Positions 26,749-39,474 of a stretch of 64,000 nt of DNA are shown here, in pieces. The notes beneath the pieces are model-generated. The model was not told the origin of the DNA. It made no database searches and saw only the letters and a list, made by a program, of their open reading frames with translations. Both the position numbers and the translations under genes were made by a program. Source of the DNA: Eledone cirrhosa (lineage: Eukaryota); NCBI GenBank assembly GCA_964016885.1, contig OZ024743.1:313968001-314032000 (forward strand), in the 5' to 3' direction. The first letter of the stretch is position 1, and every line of letters starts with the position of its first letter.

Positions 26749-28980
26749 ACAATATAGACAGTTTTATAAATAAATAGATTTGACATACCGTTCAACATCG
26801 ACTTGTATTTGAAAAGTTGATTTGGCAGTGAAAAATTGTAAACAGAAAGAAAGAAAGAAAGAAGAAAAGAAAGAAAGAAAACGAAGAAAAAGAAGAAATG
26901 CATGCAACTAAATAGAGAGATGGAAAGATAGATAAAGAGAAGAACTTCATGTAAGGAAACAGAGAGAGATATATAGAGAGAGGAAATAGATAGAGATAGA
27001 TATATATAGAGAAAAGTAGGTAGTTGAACAATCGTTGAATGACGTATCAATGATACATTTATTTATTTATTTATTTAGCTCTAGTATTAATGTAAGGGAG
27101 ATATATGTGGTTAGGAGAGAAACCAGCCGTTATATAGAGAGAAAAAATGAAAAGTAACCAGAGATAGGCGAGGCAGAATTTAAAAACCCTATGTTTCAAT
27201 GTAGAAATATTAGTTCGTATAAAAACCAGGCACTATAATGTAAATATCAGTATTCATGAATGAGACACGTATCTATAATGTGTGAAAAGTAATGATCTTA
27301 TGTCTAGTTTTAAAAATTCATATGTTTATATGATAACTACAAACATCGATGTGAATTTACGTGATCAACTCTGCAAACTCCTATTTCACACGGAGAACAT
27401 TCTCATTGTGCTATAAACATTTAAGTATACATATATGTGTATATATACACATATATATAGAGTCTATATTAATTTTAACAATACTATTCTTGTCTTTACT
27501 CTACATGATTATCTATCAAGCAGAAATAGAGAACAGATTTCAATATATTAATAAAAATATCAGAAACAAAAACAAAAAATAATAATAATAAATAAATAAA
27601 ACAGAAAACTAAAAAATATTACATATTAAAAATAAAAATATTAAAAATATTAAAAAATATTAAAGTAATAAAAATAAAAACATAGTATGCCACGCAAATC
27701 GACCACAAAGATCAACCCTTCAAAATTAATTGACAATATATTGCCAAGTTCATTATAAGCATCAGAGTCGAAAACAGATAAAACTAAAAATTATTTACCA
27801 AATCACGTCTAGCAGAAATCATTTCAAAAGTTTAGGATACCCATTTGGTCTACATATGTTCTTGTATGTAGACCAAATGGGTATCCTAAACTTTTGAAAT
27901 GATTTCTGCTAGACGTGATTTGGTAAATAATTTTTAGTTTTATCTGTTTTCGACTCTGATGCTTATAATGAACTTGGCAATATATTGTCAATTAATTTTG
28001 AAGGGTTGATCTTTGTGGTCGATTTGCGTGGCATACTATGTTTTTATTTTTATTACTTTAATATTTTTTAATATTTTTAATATTTTTACTTTTAATATGT
28101 AATATTTTTTAGTTTTCTGTTTTATTTATTTATTATTATTATTTTTTGTTTTTGTTTCTGATATTTTTATTAATATATTGAAATCTGTTCTCTATTTCTG
28201 CTTGATAGATAATCATGTAGAGTAAAGACAAGAATAGTATTGTTAAAATTAATATAGACTCTATATATATGTGTATATATACACATATATGTATACTTAA
28301 ATTTTTATAGCACAATGAGAATGTTCTCCGTGTGAAATAGGAGTTTGCAGAGTTGATCACGTAAATTCACATCGATGTTTGTAGTTATCATATAAACATA
28401 TGAATTTTTAAAACTAGACATAAGATCATTACTTTTCACACATTATAGATACGTGTCTCATTCATGAATACTGATATTTACGTTATAGTGCCTGGTTTTT
28501 ATACGAACTAATATTTCTACATTGAAACATAGGGTTTTTAAATTCTGCCTCGCCTATCTCTGGTTACTTTTCATTTTTTCTCTCTATATAACGGCTGGTT
28601 TCTCTCCTAACCACATATATCTCCCTTACATTAATACTAGAGCTAAATAAATAAATAAATAAATAAATGTATCATTGATACGTCATTCAACGGATGTTCA
28701 ACTACCTACTTTTCTCTATATATATCTATCTCTATCTATTTCCTCTCTCTATATATCTCTCTCTGTTTCCTTACATGAAGTTCTTCTCTTTATCTATCTT
28801 TCCATCTCTCTATTTAGTTGCATGCATTTCTTCTTTTTCTTCGTTTTCTTTCTTTCTTTTCTTCTTTCTTTCTTTCTTTCTTTCTGTTTACAATTTTTCA
28901 CTGCCAAATCAACTTTTCAAATACAAGTCGATGTTGAACGGTATGTCAAATCTATTTATTTATAAAACTGTCTATATTGT

Positions 28981-29044
28981 ATTTTGTCTGAAGAAGGCAT
29001 AACATATTGTTAATATGATATCCCTGAAATATATATAATGAAAT
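28981..29044 (+). ncRNA. Type I hammerhead ribozyme (right arm)
   Basis: ATTTTGT-CTGAAGA-AGG..CCT-GAAA-TATATA-TA-ATGAAAT. Confidence 0.78.
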
Positions 29045-29199
29045 AAATATGGTTTTATAAATATAGTTTCCATTTATTTAATATCGTAAATATACTCCAA
29101 ATACTTGTTGAGTGCTTTTATATCAGTTATAAATATTTACTAGTTGTAACCCAACAATTTAAATATAACTTTCCATATATATATATATATATATATATT

Positions 29200-31420
29200 T
29201 CGTTTCTGAATTTGTTTAGCAAGGTTCTTTATCTGAAAACGTGTGTTGAAACCGATGTTGTTATATTTGGGAGGGTCATGTTGCCAATAAGAAACACACG
29301 CACCTGTTGCTTTCACTCAAATTTATTATAAATTAAATTTATAAATTTAAGAATTTATAAATTTACTGTTGGATGGTTGGTTTAATAATCGGACGGTTGT
29401 TCATATATTGTCAAAGTTCTTTCGTCACACATTCTCTGACCTATTCAGTGACTGGGATTCTTTTCTTTGTTTTGTGCCTCTCCTTTGTTCTGTGCTACAC
29501 CATCTTGTTATTGTGTGTGTTGTGTGCGTAGTTTGCGCATGTGTTACATCCGGGTGTCTGTGTGTGTTTTTATTTGTTTATTTATTTGTTTATTTACATG
29601 TTATGGTTGGTTGTTTGTTCTATGTGTGTGTGTGTTTTCATTTTATCCTTAATTGTAAGTTGTGATGCTGCTATTCCATTCATGTTTTCTATTTAATTTT
29701 TGTTGGAGTTAATTCATGTTTATTGCGTCTTTTCTGTGTGTATATTCTATTTTTATTTCTATGTTCTCTAATTTGCCCTTATGTTCTATTTCAGTATATT
29801 GGTGGAGTATTGATGATTCTTTTTTATCTTGAAGTTCTCGCCAGTGTTCATTTAACCGTTCTCCTATACTACGAGCTGTCTCACCTATGTACACAATATT
29901 CTCATCTTTACATTGTCCTTCAGTACATCTTATGCTATATACTACATTTCTAGTTTTACAGTTAATATGGGGGCTTAGTTTACAGATTATGCATTTCTTA
30001 TCTATACAGAGAGGTCTTTGATTAGGTTATGTATTACTAATAAGTGATTTTATGGTGGTACCTGGTCTTTCTACTATCTTAATATTAAGTTTAAGTTTAT
30101 CTAGGGCCCTTCTAAATTTGTAAGCTAATTCACCTCTAGGGGTTGTATTGATGAACATTACTCTCTGGTATTTATTGCTATCATACCATGAGTTTATTCT
30201 ATTAACCTTATTCCTAGTTCTTTCTATTCAATTCCATATCATTATCAGGGTTAAGAGGTTGCTGTCTTCTTATTGTTCTTTAAGTTTAAGTTTAAGTCTA
30301 TTGTCCCACCATACCATGAATAGGTTAGCTATGTCACCTGCAATGCTAAAACCAATGGCTTCTCCCTCCTCTTGGGCATATGTTTTTCCATTAAATTTGA
30401 ACATATGTTCCTTAAGGGTTAGTTTTATACTGGCTCCCACTACATGTGCAATCACTTTCTTTAGTTCCTCGTGGTTTTTGGGGGTCCGTATGGCTCTGGT
30501 CCACCCATTCCATCTTTCTGTGTTGGTTTTCTTGGCCATTGAGGTAATGGTAGGTGGTCTGCCTCTTGCTGGTCTTATCGGGCACAGGTTGCTAAGGTCA
30601 TACATATCTAGATAATCATTACTATAGGTAAGTTTAAGTAGGACTCCCAGTTCACCGGTATCAAACCCACGGAATTCAACATTTATGGATGTTGTGTCCC
30701 TGTATCCATCCATTGACGTGGATTTTGCTGTGGAGAAATGCGTAGAAATGATCAGTGAGAGAAATGTTGAATTCCATGGGATATATACCAGTGAGCTGGT
30801 AGTATATAGAAAGTAGTATATAGCATAAGATGTACTGAAGAACAATGTAAACATAAGAATATAGTGTAAATAGGTGAGACAGCTCGTAGTATAGGAGAAC
30901 GGTTAAATGAACATTGGCGAGAAGATAAAAAAGAATCATCAATACTCCACCAACATGCTAAAATAAAACATAAAGGCAAATTAGAGAAAATAAAAATAAA
31001 AATAGAATCTACACACAGTAAAGACGCAATGTTTAGACAAATCACAGAGGCAATAAACATAAATGAACTCCAACCAAAATTAAATAGAAAACATGAATGG
31101 AAATTAAGGACAACATGAAAACACACACACACATAGAACAAACAACCAACCAGTAACATGTAAATAAACAAATAAATAAACAAATAAAAACACACACAGA
31201 CACCCGGAATGTAACACATGCGCAAACTAAGCACACAACACACACACAAACAAGATGGCGTAGGACAGAACAAAGGAGAGGCACAAAACAAAGAAAAGAA
31301 CCCCCAGTCACTGAAGAGGTCACAGAATGTGTGACGAAAGAACTTTGACAATATATAATCAACCGTCCGGTTATCGAACCAACCAAACAACCAACCGGAA
31401 ATTTATAAATTCTTAAATTT
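29200..31420. mobile_element. Head-to-head (fold-back) PLE of the 19350-21470 family, both arms internally deleted
   Basis: Minus arm 29200-30682 (RT, EN, pLTR, tail). Plus arm 30683-31420 (MDVVSLYPSI RT motif, then EN and pLTR). HHRs at 29410-29452(-, core mutated) and 31307-31349(+). Confidence 0.88.
31307..31349 (+). ncRNA. Minimal type I hammerhead ribozyme
   Basis: GTCA-CTGAAGA-g-GTCACA-gaatg-TGTGAC-GAAA-GAAC-TT-TGAC. Confidence 0.85.
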
Positions 31421-31429
31421 TCAAATATA

Positions 31430-31464
<35 letters not shown>

Positions 31465-31499
31465 TAATACTGACAAATTTTTCCCAGTATAAACTTATT

Positions 31500-33282
31500 C
31501 GGCAAGTATCAGCCCTTGTCTAAACACCCGGGTCGTTATGGGGTTTGAGGGCGAGGTAAGTCTTACGCAATCTGTGTTTGCATTTGGTTACCAGTTCCTC
31601 TTTCTTGTTTAGGAGTTGGTCCTGCGAAAACAGCATTTGTAAATTTTCTTCCGAGCATAAGTTACACGGACGGCGTCCTCCCATGTAAGAGTTAGCTTTG
31701 GACAGTAAGCTCCAAGTGAGATTGTAGGTTATATTATTATCTTGGAGGTCCCAGATGTGGCCCGAAACTGTAGTGGCATGTCGCCGGGCCGGGTTTCGGA
31801 AAGTATGTCTGTTTAGGTAGAGCCGGGTTTTGAAGTCACACGCGGTTAATCCTATATAAGCTTTGTTGGAGGTGTCCGTCCTCACGTTGCACTGGTAGAT
31901 CACGTTACGTTCTCGGCATTTGTTGTCGAGGGGGCATGTAGATCTATCAGGGCAGTTACACCTCCTGGTCGACTCTCCACTGATGTCTAGATTATTTCTT
32001 CCATAGGGGTTGAGATTTTGTTGTTTGAGGAGACGATGTTTTGTGCGAAGTTAGGTGTGGTGATGTAGGAGAGTTTGATGGTGTTTTTGTTGATTATGTT
32101 GTGGTAACTGTGTTGAAGTGGAAAGTGTTTTTTGAGGAGTCTAAAGAAGATTATCCCGATAGGTGCTGCCACCTCGGTATTATGGGGAGGATTGAAACAC
32201 GTTACGTTGCGAAAGCGCCGGTGTCCCCTGCTGGATCCGCTAAGGAAAGCTTGATAAAAGGATATTTACTCCCGGAAGCCACTCCGCTTGAGGGCCTGGT
32301 TGTAATGAGTCGCGTGTTCGTCGAATATCTGCTCATTAGCGGACAAAAGAGATATGCGGAGGGAGATGTTTTTAACCAGGTTATTGGTGATGTTTCTAGG
32401 ATGGTTAGAGCGGCGGTGGATGTAGTGCAGGTTGTCGTTGGGTTTCCTGTGTTGCTAGAATCCACCGCTAAATGCAGGAGACATTTCGGTGAGTTTAAAT
32501 AGTAGGAATAATCCTATAAGATCTGTGACCTCGGCCGAATCCGTTGCGTCCATACTAGCGTCGAAGGGGGAGTCGCGAGCTCTCTTTATCCACTTAGAGT
32601 TGTCGAAAAGTAGGACTATCTTCCTGGCGTGGAGAATGATATTTCTTTCCTGCTCAGTGATGGGTGTGAGTGTTTCGGCAAAGTCCAAGGCGGCTGTAAG
32701 GAGCGGTAACGTAATAGATGCATAGTAACTCTCTATGTCAAACTGGATGAATTTTGTGTCTCGTTTGTCTTCCATATTCCTGAACCATGAGATTACTGCC
32801 TGTGTGCTGACCCATAGGCTAAGTCTCACGTTTTGTTTAACTTTTGGAATAACTCGGTCTAGGATTTTTTTTACTGATTCTCCCTATGTCCGACTTCGTA
32901 GGGTTTATAAGCATAATGGATGGTTTGCGGTCGAAGTCGGATTTGTGGTCCTTCAGTGTAAAGCAGGGAGTTCGTGGGTCTAGGGGTTCAGTGTGGTCGA
33001 CGACACCGAGGCTGGGGGTAAATTGTTGTCCATCTCGATTTATGTCCTCGATAATTGAATGGTTAGCCTTTTTATAGCTGGAGTTTAGGCCACTCCTGAT
33101 CAGTGTGTGGTATCTGTCAGGGATGACGAAGTAGAGGTTTCCTGTTTTTTCAGAGTGGACTATGATGTCGTTGGTATTTTCATACACTGTTATTTTGCTA
33201 CGGAGTTGTTGTAGCAATCTCTTGTGTCTGGGTTTGAATTTAATGCTCTTGACCAGGTGGAAAAGGTCGTTCTCGAAGGGTT
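31500..33282 (-). mobile_element. Naiad-type PLE arm (decayed RT plus GIY-YIG, no pLTR)
   Basis: ORFs 32837-33217, 32455-32829 (FIQFDIESYYASI) and 31520-31903 (EN). Deletion of the YRDD region at ~32455. Confidence 0.9.
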
Positions 33283-36200
33283 AACAGTATGAAAACACGA
33301 ACGACATCATGGTGCATAAGGACAAAACTCGTAACCTCTACTTTGTCAACCCCGACAGATACCACACACTGATCAGGAGCAGCCTAAACTCCACCTATAA
33401 AAAGACTAACCATTCAAGTATCGAGGACATAAATCGAGATGGACAACAAATTACCTCCAGCCTCGGGGTCGCCGCCCGTACTGAACCCCTAGACCCACGG
33501 ACTCTTCACACTGAAGGACCACAAATCCGACTTCGACCGTAAACCATCCATCAGGCTTATAAACCCAACGAAGACCGGCATAGGGAGAATCAGCAAAAAA
33601 ATCCTAGACCGCGTTATACCAAAAGTTAAGCAAAACGCGAGACTTAACCTATGGGTCAACATCCAGGAAGTAATCTCATGGTTCAGCAATATGGAGGACA
33701 AACGAGACACAAAATTCATCCAGTTTGACATAGAGAGTTACTATGCTTCAATTACCTTACCGCTCCTTACGGCCGCCTTGGGCTTTGCCGAAACACTCAC
33801 GCCCGTCACCGACCAGGAAAGAAATATCATCCTCCACGCCAGGAAGACAGTCCTACTTTTCGACAACTCCAAATGCATACAGAGAGCTCCTGACTCCCCG
33901 TTCGACGTCACTATGGGCGCGACGGATTCGGCTGCGGTCACAGATCATATAGGATTATTCCTACTATTTAAACTCACCGAAATGTTTCCTGTATTCGGCG
34001 GTGGATTGTACCGTGATGATGGGCTCCTTGCCCACAAAGGGTACATCCCCAGTAGCACAAACCGGGCCCGTAAACAATTAATAAGCTTCGGCGACTGGGG
34101 ATTTAAAATAACCCTACAAACTTCCCTAAACCGAATAAACTTCCTGGATATTACCGTTAACCTCGATAATGATCTGTACTACCCATACAGGAAACCAAAC
34201 GACAACCTGCATTACATCCACCGCCGATCGAACCATCCTAGAAACATCACCAATAACCTGGTTAAAAACATCTCCCTCCGCATATCTCGTTTGCCCACTA
34301 ATGAGCAGATATTCGATGAACATGCGCCGTATTACAACCAGGCCCTCAAGCGGAGTGGCTTCCGGGAGGAAATATCCTATTATCCAGCTTCCATTAGCGG
34401 AACCAGCAAGCGACACCGCCGCTCACGCAACGTAACGTGGTTCAATCCTCCCCACAATGCCGAGGTGTCAACACCTATCGGGAAAATCTTCTTTAGGCTC
34501 ATCGAAAACATTTTCCACTACAACACCGCTACCACAACATAATCAACAAAAACACCATCAAACTCTCCTACAGCACCACACCTAGCTTCGCACAAAACAT
34601 CGTCTCCTCTAACAACAAAAAACTCAACCCCTATGGAAGAAATAACCTAGAGAGCAGTGTAGAGCCGACCAGGAGATGTAACTGTTCTGATAGATCTACG
34701 TGCCCCCTCAACAACAGATGCCGAGATCGTAATGTGATCTACCAGTGAAACGTGAGGACGGACACCTCCAACAAAGCTTATATAGGATTAACCGCTTGTG
34801 ACTTCAAGACCCGGCTCTACCTACACAGACATACTTTCCGAAACCCGGCCCGGCGTCATGCCACTACACTTTCGGGCCACATCTGGGACCTCCAAGACAA
34901 TAATATAACCTACAATTTCACTTGGAGCTTACTGTCCAGAGCTAACTCTTACACGGGAGGACGCCGTCCGCGTAACTTGTGCTCGGAGGAAACATTACAA
35001 ATGCTGTTTTCGAAGGACCAACACCTAAACAAGAAAGAAGAACTGGTAACTGCATGCAAACACATATTGCGTAGGTCTTACCTCGCCGTCAAACCCCATA
35101 ATGACCCGGAGGAGGGGGACAAGGGCTGAAACAGCCCCCTGCCGGCTTTGTAAGGGTTAACCCCTGCTTACAAAGGTAGACGTAACTTTTTTTTTTTTTA
35201 ATCTTTACCTCTATATTTCCTTCTTCCCCCATCTTTTCCTAGTCCTTCCACCTCAGATCTCCCTCCTTGTCTTTTTTTTTTTTCAACTTTTCACCCACCC
35301 CGATGCAGCCCATCGGTCCTCTGTAGCCTCATCACCCCCCCCCCCTTAATTTTAAGATAGAATTGTCCGATTACGCTTTTTATAGCAGATGTGTTAGACC
35401 CAGATAATTGCTTTCTTTCTGGTTGCTGCTCCATATCCGTGATTTCTAAATTTCTTAGTGGTATTTTTACATTAGTATTCTTGTATTAGTATTTATGTAT
35501 TAGTATTCTGAATTAATATCTCGTATTAATTTTTTAGTATGTTTGTCCTCAACCTATTAACCTGTCATTGTAAGATAGCATTGGCTGATTACTACTAACT
35601 ATAGCAGTGGTGTTAGACCCCTTGTAAATATGGCTTTATATAATTCTTAGTGGTATTTTTGCATTAGTATTCTAGTATTAGTATTTATGTATTAGCATTC
35701 TGAATTAATATTTCCTTTTAATTTTTTAGTGTGTTTGTCCTCAACTTATTAACCTGTCATTGTAAGATAGCATTGGCTGATTACTACTAACTATAGCAGT
35801 GGTGTTAGACCCCTGTAAAGATGGCTTTATAAAATTCTTTCACTACAATCCCGTATTTAGCATTTTTCTCCACCCATTAAACTTTTCTATAGCTGAGCAA
35901 TACCAATGAGAGATTTGGTGATTGTGGGGATGGAGTAGTAACCTGAAATTGTTTTTTTATATATTTGTTTTTTTATCTATTTATTTCCTCATTTTTATAA
36001 AGGCTGTTTTGTTTACTCCCTTTCGATTTACCTATTTTTTCACCCCCCTCCCCTTCTCCAGTACACTTTTTTCCACCTTCTATACACTATCCTTAGAATC
36101 GGCTGTATAGATTTCACTTTCAACGCTTGTCTGGGTTTCCCCACTCCCTCTTTGTTCTACCGACAAGTTCAGCTACCCCTATTTTCCACTAAATTCCATG

Positions 36201-36375
36201 ATAGAATCATCTGTCTTTACAACAAATTTTTGACCAATCCTTTTGACAATTACTATCATCCCATATATGGAATTACCTCCTGAGAAGTTCGGCTATTTAT
36301 TTACCAGGCTAAAAATTCTTATTTAGTCCAGAATTAGCCGTCGAAACGGCAAGAGCTCTGCCGTCGAGGACATAT
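33283..36375 (+). mobile_element. Naiad-type PLE arm (RT plus GIY-YIG, 3' UTR, pLTR)
   Basis: ORF 33691-34542 (FDIESYY, FDVTMGA, GLYRDDGL, WFNPP) and 34752-35129 (EN). ~188-bp tandem duplication at ~35445-35830. HHR at the end. Confidence 0.92.
36276..36369 (+). ncRNA. Hammerhead-like ribozyme with CUGAGAA core
   Basis: CCTC-CTGAGAA-G..CGGCTA..TAGCCG-TC-GAAA-CGGCA-agagctc-TGCCG-TC-GAGG, with compensatory changes relative to the 22097-22192 copy. Confidence 0.72.
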
Positions 36376-36381
36376 TTGTTC

Positions 36382-36420
<39 letters not shown>

Positions 36421-36900
36421 GGAACAAATATGTGTTTCTTTCTATCTTCGGTTAGCTTTCCCCTGTGTTGTTTACTTGTCTCACTCGCTTTACGCGTTTC
36501 AATTGTCCTAATAACTTATTTTAGTTATTATCTCACCAACGTGAGGTATATGATTTTTAATGCGATGAAATACCAATGATCGTTGGCAAATCACTGATGA
36601 GGGACTCATTTCATAACATGTAATCCATGTGCAACCATGCAGTATTCTTCTCCCCTATTTTTCATATATATATATATATATATATGTTTTTTGATCATGC
36701 TGAGTAACACCCTCTCTCATTTCTTGCTATCCTCTCTCAACCTCCTTATGATCTATTGCACCATTTATGTGATAAATTTTTATATATATTTTTTTGACAT
36801 GATATGCATCATGTATCGGGACCTCCTTTCTTGTCCTTTACCCTTGTTCTGGTGACTGAGCTCGATGGAGTCTGCAACCTTTGATATAATTTTGTTTATA

Positions 36901-36947
36901 AGCTCTGATGATTCCTGCCATAGGGTATGGATGAAACACTGTTAGCT
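36901..36947 (+). ncRNA. Type I hammerhead ribozyme in a solo pLTR
   Basis: AGCT-CTGATGA-tTCC..GGAt-GAAA-CACTG-TT-AGCT, immediately followed by AATAAA. Confidence 0.8.
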
Positions 36948-36994
36948 AATAAAACAATGTATTTCTAAGCACTCTTTTGTTATTCCTAAACTTG

Positions 36995-37102
<108 letters not shown>

Positions 37103-37199
37103 TATATAAATATATATATAAATATATATAAATATATATATATATCTTTATATTTGATAATCTCCCAAAAGGTTGAGATGCAATTTAGGCAGTATTAGG

Positions 37200-37340
37200 C
37201 TGCGCTTTTTAGCAACCAGCCCACTCGCCGTAAGGCACCAATCACATTCTTTCTGACTTGACAACTGCCACGTCACAGTCCTTAGCCATTTTGAATTCGT
37301 TTCTGGCGGAGATCATTTAAAGAAAATCAAAGTGAGTTTC
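37200..37340 (+). promoter_or_regulatory. Possible Pol II promoter and first-exon splice donor
   Basis: CCAAT (37238), CACGTCA (37269), YY1-like GCCATTTTG (37285) and AA|GTGAGT donor (37332) in a non-repetitive, GC-richer patch. Confidence 0.4.
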
Positions 37341-37728
37341 TTTCCTGATAATTTCAAAACTCGTGAATTTATCCTTGATCGGATATTTCCAAAAAGCGAA
37401 TGAAACCTCGTGGGGTAGAAATATGATTTTGGTATGCTTATATACTTTTTATCTTCTAACTTAGATTTTATACCTAATTGTGTATGGTTGACGATATATT
37501 TAATCGATTTCCAAGTGCTATTAGAAATGCTGGGTAAATATTCTATAGCTGTTTATCGCGGATAGATAGCTATCGTATATTTATCTATTGTTTCTTCATA
37601 GGTGCCTTTTAATATTATAGCCTTGTTTAATTGGTTTTGTGTGTGGTATCCTGATTGGGAGAGGAAATAATGTATATATTTTATCAAATGATTCTATGGA
37701 CATACTTTATTATATATGTAAATGTACT

Positions 37729-37902
<174 letters not shown>

Positions 37903-38023
37903 AACTATTTATATTACTGTTAATAAGGTAGTAATAAATTACTGTCTTTCACTGTTTAGGGTTTAAAATATATATAACTATAAAAGGTTTTAGTATATAC
38001 ATAACCATAAATAGTATCCTTAA

Positions 38024-38074
<51 letters not shown>

Positions 38075-38076
<2 letters not shown>

Positions 38077-38238
38077 AAGGTGCATGGGGCTTGCAATCGA
38101 AAGGTTGAGAGTTCAATTCTCGGACCGGGTGATGTATTGTTTCCATGACCAAGACACTTTATTTCACGTTGCTCCAGTTTACTCAGCTGTAGAAATGAGT
38201 ACCAGCCCAATGCTCTAACCACTAAGCTATGCGCCTTC
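38075..38238 (+). mobile_element. tRNA-derived SINE fragment with inverted head
   Basis: B-box-like GAGTTCAATTCTC, body CAAGACACTTTATTTCACGTTGCTCCAGT..ACTCAGCTG, inverted A-box TAGCTTAGTGG. Sits inside (TG)n/(CA)n. Confidence 0.7.
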
Positions 38239-38563
38239 ACACACACACACACACACACACATACACACACACACCACTTGCGAGTTATCCACACCATTAT
38301 CTTTCTCATTGCTACAGTGAAGACGTGTCTTTTTTCTCGTCAAACCCCCCAGAATTTATGTTCGAAATAAGTTGTTGACTTGAGTTTTCCTCTCTTTTCG
38401 TTGCTTAATCCTTCGTGTCTGTTTTCAATTCTTTCTCTCTCCCGCCTTTTTTTTAATCCCAATAACTTATTTTAGTTATTGTTCGCCCTAGGCAAGTACC
38501 TATGATTCTTAGCAGACAACTGACGATGGATATTGCCCTCTTTCGCCCGTAACTTTTATTTTC

Positions 38564-38609
<46 letters not shown>

Positions 38610-39240
38610 CATACAGATAGCCAAGGCAATTATGTAACCGGCTGTTGCTACGCTTTTACAAGATCTGGATGCCATACAAATGGGCTGAGGAAAACAACAT
38701 AAACTATAATGCTGGAAAATGTGAAGCCGTACAATATCAACCTGCTAACACAAGAACAGTACCACACAACTACACCGGACGAGGATGCATCGAAATCCCC
38801 GTGTTGATACGAGAACTGGGGATAGACATGAGTGACGATACAGCTTTTTCTTCACACAAGATGAGGGTAGTTCCAGTGTGCAGCTGACACGCTGGCTGGA
38901 TCTTGAGCACTTTCCGTACAAGAAACCGAGATACCATGTTGAAACTATGGAGGACATTTGTCCTAAGCTGACTGAACTACTGCTCCCAACTGTGACTACC
39001 TCATAGTATCAAACTAACCACGGAGTTTGAAGCATTCCAAGAAAGCTACACCAAGGTGATTGCCACGATGATGCAGATGAGCTACTGGGAGAGGCTATAT
39101 GAACGAAACTCTGCTCCTTGGCATGAAGACCGGAGAAATTAGCATTGATGTACATACGGAAGATCCTGGAAGGACTAGCACCAAACGTTGGCATTGAGAG
39201 CTGAACCAACCCGCAAACAGAACGTCACTGTGTGGTGCCT
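38610..39240 (+). pseudogene. Degenerate CR1/L2-group LINE RT C-terminal fragment
   Basis: KWAEENNINYNAGKCE..IRELGIDMSDD..; LWRTFVLS.LNYCSQL; [16 protein letters not shown]. Confidence 0.65.
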
Positions 39241-39308
39241 ACATACATATATGCATATATACATAAATATATACATACATACATATATATATATATATAC
39301 ATATATAT

Positions 39309-39398
<90 letters not shown>

Positions 39399-39474
39399 CT
39401 GTGTGTGTATATATAATATTAATTATACTATTTATAGTTATGTACTTACTAAACTATAAACAACTATAAACAGG

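Larger units (their letters stand above)
26641..29175. mobile_element. 2.4-kb near-perfect palindrome with an HHR at each end and a one-sided tail
   Basis: Arms 26641-27856 and 27865-29088, with an 8-nt spacer TGTTCTTG. Mirrored ORFs in the track. Tail at 29089-29175. Confidence 0.92.

Noticed and set aside
34745-34750. In-frame TGA at a Cys position in the Naiad endonuclease (selenocysteine is known in some Naiads)
   Set aside because: The other two copies have TGC, this copy has other disablements, and no SECIS was seen by eye.
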